Positions 54,661 through 64,000 of a stretch of 64,000 bases of DNA are shown here, one piece after another. This stretch comes from Neocallimastix sp. 'constans' (taxonomy: Eukaryota). The position numbers and the translations under genes were made by a program. Numbering within the stretch: the first letter of the stretch is position 1; each line of letters starts with the position of its first letter. The notes under the pieces were generated by a model. That model saw only the letters and a list, made by a program, of their open reading frames with translations. It was not told where the DNA came from and searched no databases. The stretch is taken from the NCBI GenBank assembly GCA_050613775.1, contig JBODTK010000011.1:372001-436000 (forward strand). Direction: 5' to 3'.

Positions 54661-55916
54661 AAGTATTGAATAGATATTTATAAATATGAAACTTATAAAT
54701 ATAAATATATTTTTCTACATATAAATAACTAAAAATATATATATTTATCTATATATATATAAATATAAATATATATATCTATGTACATATATATATAAAT
54801 ATAAATAAATATTAGATCGTCGTAATTTTTTTAATATAAAAATAGCAATCAACTTTATATAAAAGTATATTCAAAAATTATTTATTATTTATTATTTATT
54901 ATTTATTAATAAATACTCTTTTTTATTATTTATTATTTATTATTTATTATTTATTATTTATTAATAAATACTCTTTTTTATTATTTATTATTTATTATTT
55001 ATTATTTATTATTTATTATATATTATATATTATTATTTATTATTTATTATTTAATATTTATTATATATTATTATTTATTATTTATTATTTATTATTTATT
55101 ATTTATTATTTATTATTTATTATTTATTATATATTATTTATTATTTATTATTTATTATTTATTATTTATTATTTATTATTTATTATTTATTATTTATTAT
55201 TTATTATTTATTATTTATTATTTATTAATAAATACTCTTTTTATTATTTAATTATTCAATTATTTATTTATTATATAATTATTCAATTGATGAATAAAGA
55301 AAAAAAATTTTTTAATGAATGATAAATTAAATTTTTAAATTAAATCAAAAAAAAATTATTTATTTATTTATTAATTAATTAATATACTTGAATTTAATTG
55401 GTGTAAATTCATACATGAAATTTTAAAAAAAAAAAAATAAAAAAATTTTGAAAAAAAATTTTTTAATTATTTTTTTTAATTTCTTTTTAATTTAAAAAAA
55501 TTTTTTTTTTAAAAAAAAATTTAAAATATTCAAAATATTTATTAATTAATTAAATAAAAAAAATTTAAATTAAAAAATAAATAATAATATATATTAAATA
55601 TAATTAATAAAATAATATTTAATATATTGTTCATATATATATTTTATAATTGACATTTTATATAATTTATATTTACTTCCAATATAAATTAATATAAAAA
55701 AAAAATTTCAGTTTTCAAAAAAAAAAATTTTTTTATTTTTTTAAATTAAATTAATTTTAATAAATTAAATTAATTTTATAAACTTTATTTTATATATTTT
55801 TAAGACAAAAAGAAATTTATTTTAATATTATTATGAGATTTAAGGTTACACAAAAAGCATGATGTAAAATTTTATCACGAAAATATTGAAATGAAATGAA
55901 ATAAAATAATATAATA

Positions 55917-56127
55917 TAAAATATAAAATATAAAATATAAAATATAAAATATAAAATATAGAAATATAAAATATAAAATATAAAATATAAAATATAAAAT
56001 ATAAAATATAAAATATAAAATAATAAAATATAAAATATAAAATATAAAATATAAAATATAAAATATAAAATATAAAATATAAAATATAAAATATAAAATA
56101 TAAAATATAAAATATAAAATATAAAAT
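55917..56127. repeat. (AAAATAT)n microsatellite
   Basis: Direct reading; explains ORF 55846..56139. Confidence 0.9.
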
Positions 56128-56349
56128 AGTCAGCAACAAATGACTTTTATATGTTTTCTTATATTTTATTATTATTCCTATATTTATTGTTTGTTTGTTT
56201 GTTTTTTAAAGAAAAAAAAAAGTTATATATATATATATATATTTTAGACTTAGAGAATAACTTTATTTAATTTATAATAATAATAAAATTACATGATTTA
56301 AATAAAAAATAAAATATATGAAATGAAAAATTATATAATTATATGATTA

Positions 56350-57650
56350 TAAAAGTGCATTAGAAGCAATAGTTTCTAAACTTTTCCCATTCATCGATGA
56401 TAGCACCATGTCATTATTGCGAGTAATAATTTCAGTATTAGTGTTATCAAACGAATCTGTATCCTATCTTTCACCGGGAGATGAAAATCCATGCTTTTTA
56501 TTATTTCGACGTCGATGCTCATAGCAACGGTAGATTCAATAGATTCAACGGAATACTATTTCATCATCAATCTAAAAAAGATTGACAAATTAATGGTATT
56601 ATGTTTGTTTGAAACTCCGCAATCCCCCCACAAAATACGGAACAGTGGACGAAGTTGAACTTTGTTTAAAAATTATTGTCAACTAATTGTCTTTGTTCCC
56701 CCCATCAATAAGTTGAATTTTTTTTTTTTTTTATTTATATTGAATGCCCACCAAGAAAAGAGCACTCAGTATAAAATAATAGATATTATTATCATCCTCC
56801 TTTTGCTGAATCTAAAGAAACATCCAAGAATTTTTTGTTCAATTACAATTGCAAAGTTCAAAAAAAATAAAGGTCATCAAGAAAAGATAAAGATTTATTT
56901 CTGTAATTTTTCAATTCTTTACAGGCAAAGATTCAGTGAGAAAAGCTAGATACACTATCACCACAACATGGATAACACTTAGGGCAATCTTCTGAGACTA
57001 TTTTTCTTTTTAATGGAAAATACTCATGTCAAATTTAAAAGTACAACTAATTCGAGACATCCAAAAGAATCCTAATTGATACTTAGGATATTGAAATGAA
57101 TAATAAGTCTTTGAATTTCTGAAATAAATCCAAAATCATTCTCCTTGTAAATAATTTCTTTTTTTTTTTTTTTTTTTTTTTAACTTTTGAGAGTCTGAAG
57201 ACATCTCTTTCCCATATAAAACTTTTTTTTTTATTTCACTTGTTTTTTTTTTACCATTTAATTTCTTATCCAAAGTTCTTGATTCTTTAGTCCATGAGTA
57301 ATGTGACACAGTAGGAATATTATTAGTGGAATTATTGGAATGATGAGTTTTTTTTTTACCATTTTCTAATAGCAACGTAATTGAGATGTAGCACAGATAG
57401 CTGAAAGAGAAAGTAATTCTCTACCTCAATTCACAAGTAATATCATAGAGACTAACATAAGAATTACGAGATTTAAATCCATTATTCTAAATAAAGTCCT
57501 TAGTTAATAATTTTTCTTTTTTCGAACTTTAGAACATCTGCTCTCATTTGAACCAAAGAGAGGAGCATAATATAAAAAAAAGACTAAGAATAAAGGAAAT
57601 TAAAAACATATTTCTTCAATGGATAGAGGAATAGATTTATTTATAAGAAA
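56350..57650 (-). mobile_element. 3' portion of a degenerate non-LTR (LINE) retrotransposon ORF2 with a C-terminal Cys/His knuckle
   Basis: Minus-strand fragments YYAPLFGSNESRC, YSWTKESRTL and EDCPKCYPCCGDSVSSFSH* (C..C...H spacing like a LINE zinc knuckle); many frameshifts. Confidence 0.6.
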
Positions 57651-57654
57651 TCTA

Positions 57655-58049
57655 TTTTAATTATTCAGAAAACTTTAATAGAGTAATTGAATTATCGGAT
57701 GAGAACTTTATCGACTGGAAAACAAACATATTGAACCTGTTAATGATCAATGACTTAGAGACTTATGTAATAAAAGAAAAAAAATAAAATAAAAAAAAAA
57801 AAGCAGAATAAAAAGGTATACATGATGATATCAATAATTACATCAAAGATCAATTTGATGACACAATGGTCTATGACACCAACACTTCTGAAGAGGACAT
57901 CAAAAATGATATATTAGTAAAATGGATTATTTGCAATAGTTTAGGTAAGGAAATAAAAAAAAATTAATACAAAGCCATAATAAGACGTAATATCAAATCT
58001 GGGAAGTCTTAAATAAGTCTTTTACCAAAGATATAGAGCAAAGGAAATT

Positions 58050-58102
<53 letters not shown>

Positions 58103-58976
58103 CATTCACTAATCCTTTTACTGAAGATTCATAATTCAGAAAATTGCATTGAACTAAACCTTGCTGTATTAGAAGATAAGCTAACTAATCATCCCAACAA
58201 TGTAAAAAAAAAAATAAAAAAAAAAAAAAAAAAAAAAACATAATTTCCTGCTAGATATTAGATTCTGGTGCCTCCATACATGTAACCTATCCATTATCAT
58301 TATTAACAAACATTAGACAATACAATGAAAGAATAACACTCGCCAATGGAGAAATAATTATAGAATATCAAATTGGAGATCTCTCAGGATATATAAATAA
58401 TAACAAATTTTACCTAAAGAATGTACACTATGCTCCTCCCATATAAAAAAAGAATTTAATATCGGATAAACTCATTAATCAGAGAAAACAATATAATAAT
58501 ATTTAATAACTCCCACGGAATACCATTAGCAATTTTATACGATAATTATGGAAATAAAATTGTAACTTCAAAAATCAACCAACACAAATATTTTCATGAT
58601 ACTTATTATAAAAGAAATTATTAAATATGATGAAAATCCAATCAAGGTAATTACACCCAATTAACTTATGTGAAGTTCCAAATATCACAAAATTAAACTT
58701 ATGGTATAGGCGTTGGGTTCATTTCTGCATTAAACGCTTGGAGAATAAATTACTTAAAAAATAAATTTAATTTACCTACATTTTGTCCGACCTGCGCCAA
58801 TTCCAAATTAAAAAAATAAGCTCCATTCACCAAATTTTTAAAAAGGGACAAGGCAACCTCTAGAGAACTAATTCATATGGACCTTGTTGGCCCTATTGAT
58901 AAATCAATCCAAAGGGAATAGATATTTTCTCACTATCTTAGATGATTTCATTTCTCCAGGTTTGGATGGATTCACT

Positions 58977-59019
<43 letters not shown>

Positions 59020-60159
59020 CAAAACATGACATTCATATATACAAAATATATACACAATAATAAAAAAAAAAAATTTATTCGGACAGATAACGGTACCAGT
59101 ATCGAATCCTCAAATAATATTTTTCAATGAATTTTGTTAACTCTCAAGGAATTTATTCAACAATTCACTATTCCTTACAATCCGGAGATGAATGGTCACG
59201 CTGAACGGTTAAATGGAACACTTATAGCGGCAGCTAAATCAATGTTAAAACGACCCAAACCTTTCCCATAAATTTTGGGGAAAAGTGCAATAGAAACAGC
59301 CAACTTTATTCTTAATAGACTACCCCATAGTAGTCTTAATTTCTCTATATCCCTTTTCGAAATTTTTACATAATACTCCTGTAAATTATAATTTTTCTTC
59401 AACGTTTTTGGATGTAAAGTCTTCTTCTTTCTCCCGAAACAACATAGAAAAAAAAAAAAGTTTAACAATAACTCATCCCCTTGGGATTTTCTTAGGATAT
59501 AATCTGTATTCACTTTCCTTCAAAATATTCGATATCGATAACAGTAAAATTATCCTTTCAAGAACTGTAGCATTTTTTTTATTTTTAAGAATATCCCTGA
59601 AAATTTAACTAATTCATCCACGATTCCTATTCACGAAGCCAGCGGGGACAACTCATACTTCAGTAATTTCTTTAATCATAATAATAATAATATCAATACT
59701 AACAATAATATAAATAATAATAATGAAATTATTAACAACAAAAACATAGATAATAATCATTACGCAATCAATGACAATAATAACAACAATAACACTAACA
59801 AATAACATTATCAATAATAACAATAAAAAACCATAACAAACATAAATAACAACAAAAAAATAAAAATACAAGTAATAATATCTACATTAATAATGAAAAA
59901 AAACCCAACAACACTCAAAATTATACCGAAAAGGAAAAACAATACTGCAAGTAATGAGGAACATAACATTCATTCAAATTTCTCTCTTCCTAGTGACAAC
60001 ACATCAAATTCAACTTAACAATAGTAAAATTGAAAATTCAACATTTGAAGGAATTCCTTCTAATAATAAAAACACCAAGACTAGTACGTTGTATTTCACA
60101 GAAAATAATTAAAACCCAATCTTAAAAAGAGAAGAAAGCTACATAACCAACCAGAACAC

Positions 60160-60198
<39 letters not shown>

Positions 60199-60631
60199 CA
60201 AAAATCCTACGAAACAGTTGAAAATGAAGAGATTCACAAAAAAAAATAAGAAGGAATTGTAAAATTATGCATCGCCAAAAACAAAATTTTTTCTTACCAA
60301 AAAAAAAAAAAAAACAAAAAGGAATCAAAAAAGGAACCAATTAACTATTATTATGACATATTTTATTCTCCTGATAAAAATTTATGGTTATTGGCAATAA
60401 AGGATGAATTGAAAAATATGAAAGATTTGAAGGTATATGAAATAGTTAAAAAAGGTACCTAAAAACGCAATTATCATTTCTTTAAGATGGGTCTTCAAAT
60501 ATAAACGAGATCCTTTACGGAAATAGAGTTAAAAAAAAAAAAAAAAAAAAAAAGCTAGAATAGTTGTGAAAGGGTACACACACACACACAAAGATTTGGA
60601 ATAGATTTATTGGGAAACATATGCACCAACA

Positions 60632-60674
<43 letters not shown>

Positions 60675-61430
60675 ATGACTCCTTTAAGTATTTTAGTTGC
60701 AATATTAGTCCAACGGAAATTTATGATTAAACAAAATAGATATCAATACTGCATACTTAAATGCAACACTAAAAAAGAAAATATCTATAGAAAAGCACCA
60801 GAAGGTTTCTCTAACAATAAAAAATTGCTTCTGGAAACTGAAAAAGGCCTCTCTATGGGCTGGAAGCAGGCTGTAAAAGGAAATGGAAATAATGAATTAA
60901 AGCAACACATTAAGCAAAATAAGTTTTTACAGGCTAAAAAGTGAATCCTACATCTACGTAAGATATAATAATAAAAAAGGGAAATAACATGTATTCTAAG
61001 CCGTATATGTGGACGATATATTAATCTCAGGCACTGAGTATAATATAGATTTAGTCATAAAATCTTATTATAGAATTTTAGAATTTTTTTAATATAAAAG
61101 GACATAGGAGAAATAGACTTCGTGATAGGAATTAAATTCGAAAAACGAGAAAATACGGTTACATTCTACATTCTACACCAGAAGGAATATATAAAAGAAA
61201 TTTTTGAGTAAAAATTTAACATAGATATTCTATAAACCAATCAAAAGTCCCAATCCAATAGAAGATTCAAAACTAAGAAAAATTCCATGTGATGAAACGA
61301 CCTACCCTACAGTAGCGCCATTGGAAATCTTCTTTATTTAGCAATTTGTTACTAGACCAGACATACTTATTTTCAGTGTGCAAGGCTTCTAGAAGGTTAA
61401 AGAACCCAAATATGGAGGATTAGGAAAATT
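57655..61430 (+). mobile_element. Degenerate Ty1/copia LTR retrotransposon internal region (gag-PR-IN-RT), truncated, no LTR recognised
   Basis: Gag LSDENFIDWKTNI, protease *ILDSGASIHVT, integrase ELIHMDLVGP / RTDNGT / PEMNGHAERLNGT, RT WLLAIKDEL / LRWVFKYK / WETYAPT / QIDINTAYLN / YVDDIL. The PR-IN-RT order is copia-type. Confidence 0.92.
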
Positions 61431-61867
61431 GATATTAGCTCACCATCAATCTATTGATACGAAAAGTTTTGATGATTTTATAAAAGAATTAAACAAAAGG
61501 CAAATTTTTTTTTTTTTTTTTTTTTTTTCAAAAGGCCGAAATTTTAAAATTTAAAACTACAGTCAATAACGACTTAAATGTCAATGATACAAATAGAAAC
61601 AAAAGGAATAATAATAAAAATTATAATAATAAGAATTTTAATAATAAAATTCATAATGATTATTATTGTCACTCTACTGACCACTGAAAATATAATCTTT
61701 TTAATTAAAGAGAACAATAAACCAGATGATAATAACATAAAAAAAAGTTATAAAATTGTTAATCATAAAAATAAAAATTCTTCTTTAAAAGATATAGCAA
61801 AAATAATTATCACACCGGTAATATTATTAATGATAATAAAAATGATAATTGTAATAGCAATAACAAT

Positions 61868-61903
<36 letters not shown>

Positions 61904-63360
61904 AAAATAATCATGATAATGAAGATGAAGTATATATTGATTTTACAGGAAGTATTTCAGGTATTCAAAACCGTAAATAATACAACGATAAAGAAGTAAA
62001 CTAACTCCACTTATTGGATCATTGATAGTGATTCTGGTATCAATTTAACTAATAACATAAAACTATCTAAATAATTTATATAAGTAATAAAAATATTTTT
62101 TATCCAAATGGTAATTTAAATAAAGTTGAAAACATAAGTACTTATTACAATGGAAAATTTAAAAATAACGATATTGTACTATTAAATGTTTATTACGAGT
62201 CAAATATTCAAAACAATTTAATATCCACTCATTCAATTCTCAAAAATGGATGTGCTATAATTATGAAACGCGTAAATAACAAAGATCGTTTACAAATATT
62301 CAAAAATAAAAAATCTAAATACATATATCTTTGCGAATGATTAAAATTTATTCGCTTTTTGATACAATATCTATAAATAATATTGTTACCAAAAAAAAAA
62401 AAAAAATTTTTGTATAGGCCATTATTATAATAATAATACTAAAGACTTTATTATTATTGAGCATACTAAAAATCGTACTGATAAAAATTGCCGCCAATGC
62501 AAAATCACAAAATTAAAAAGAAAACCTTTTAATTCTTCTCCTAATAATGCCATTAAACCTATGGAATTAGTTCATTCCGATGTCGCTGGTAAACTGGAAA
62601 CATCTTATAATGATTTCAATTATTATGTTATTTTTCTCGATGATTTTTCTAAAAAAAAAAAAAAAAAAAAAAAAAATTGGGTTTATCTTATCAAATATAA
62701 ATCTGATGTTCCCAATATTTTTATTAAATTTCATAGATTTATTTCTAATACTTCTTCACTTAATATTATTCCTTTTAAATATGATAATGGTACAGAATAT
62801 ATTAATAAACCTCTTACAGATTACCTAGATGAGAATGGTACAAATTTTTATTCATTCCGTTCCTGGTAATTCTCATCAAAATGGTAGTGTTGAACGGTTG
62901 AACCAAACTCTTAATCGTTGTGTTTCTACTTTACTTAACTCACCCAAGCTCTCTTCTAAACCCTGGGATTCTGCTATACTCTCTGCTGCTTATCTTTATA
63001 ACTTTTTATCCACATCAAAGTATTTATTATAATAAAAATTCTTAATGAATTATTTTTCAACAAACCCGTTGATATTGCACATCTTAAAAGTTTTTATTTA
63101 TTAAGCCTTCTTTTATAATAATCATAAAATTCAATAAATTTGAAAATAATTCCAAACCTTGGTATTTTCCTTGGTTATGCAAAAGGTTCTCTTGGTTATA
63201 AAATTTTAAATGTTTCTACTAATTCTATTATTACCACCAGAGATGTTTATTTTTTTTTTAGAAGATATTCCTTGGTACTATTAATACTACTTTCTTTTAC
63301 AATAAATATATTGACTCTATTATAGATTTCAAGGATTTATTAAATGAGGGGGGAAAGTAA
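61431..63360 (+). mobile_element. Second, distinct degenerate Ty1/copia fragment (gag end-PR-IN)
   Basis: WIIDSDSGINLT, CRQCKITKLKRKPF, MELVHSDVAG, FLDDFS, KYDNGTEY, HQNGSVERLNQTL and GIFLGYA. Confidence 0.88.
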
Positions 63361-64000
63361 TAATTCTAATGATATTATGAATGATTTACAATTAAAAAAA
63401 ATCCTTTAAATAATAATAATGATATGTGATAAGAAAATAACTAATTTAATAATAAAATATAATATTTTAAATGTATGAAATTAAATTTTGTATACAAATT
63501 GCGTTCTCGTGAAAATATGATTATAATTGTTAAAAAAAAAATAAAAGTTAATAAACACTTCTTTAAAAAATATTAATAATTAAACACATAAATTTACAAA
63601 ATAAAATATTTATTTGTATTTTATAATTATGTCTTTGTTAGAGATATTTTATTATAAGATCAAGAGTATTTTTTTTTTTTAAATTTTAACAAAATTACTT
63701 AATTTTATACTTTTCGGAATGTCATAATTTATTGGTTATAGTAATATTTAGAATAAATTAATAATTATTTTAATATTAAGTCTTTCGTTTATTTTGATGA
63801 AGAGAAGAAAAGTGAAAAGTAAACAAAAGAAAAGAAAGAGAAAATTTTATAATGAAATATTAAAATTAATAAATAAAACATATATAAAACTGACCGGTAT
63901 AATTAATAATACTTGTTTATTATAATTATTAGTTTTGTTAATAAAAATTATTTTATTTTTATTTGTAGTTTCCATTAAATATATTAAAACCTATTATTTA

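Overview
Extremely AT-rich eukaryotic genomic DNA with GT-AG introns, long poly(A/T) runs and microsatellites. Fungal-type dockerins, a CotH-dockerin fusion and a subtilisin-CBM18 fusion point to an anaerobic gut fungus (Neocallimastigomycota); this taxon call is an inference. Host genes are the 5' part of a P4-ATPase flippase, two tandem intronless NfsA/FRP-type nitroreductases (probably bacterial in origin), a multi-exon TmcB/TmcC-like membrane protein with a collapsed pseudogene copy upstream, a secreted S8 protease with two hevein-like domains, and a secreted CotH-family protein with three dockerins and a CBM1 whose kinase motifs look degenerate. Mobile DNA includes two copies of a Mutator-type MITE with perfect 9-bp TSDs, decayed LINEs and several Ty1/copia fragments. 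The most notable item is at about 6.0-9.3 kb: an intact, intronless 531-aa ORF that resembles the poxvirus O1/E2 family sits head-to-head with a disrupted ORF that resembles poxvirus I1, suggesting an endogenous poxvirus-like element in a fungus. The poxvirus comparisons rely on vaccinia sequences recalled from memory and need profile or structure searches to confirm.
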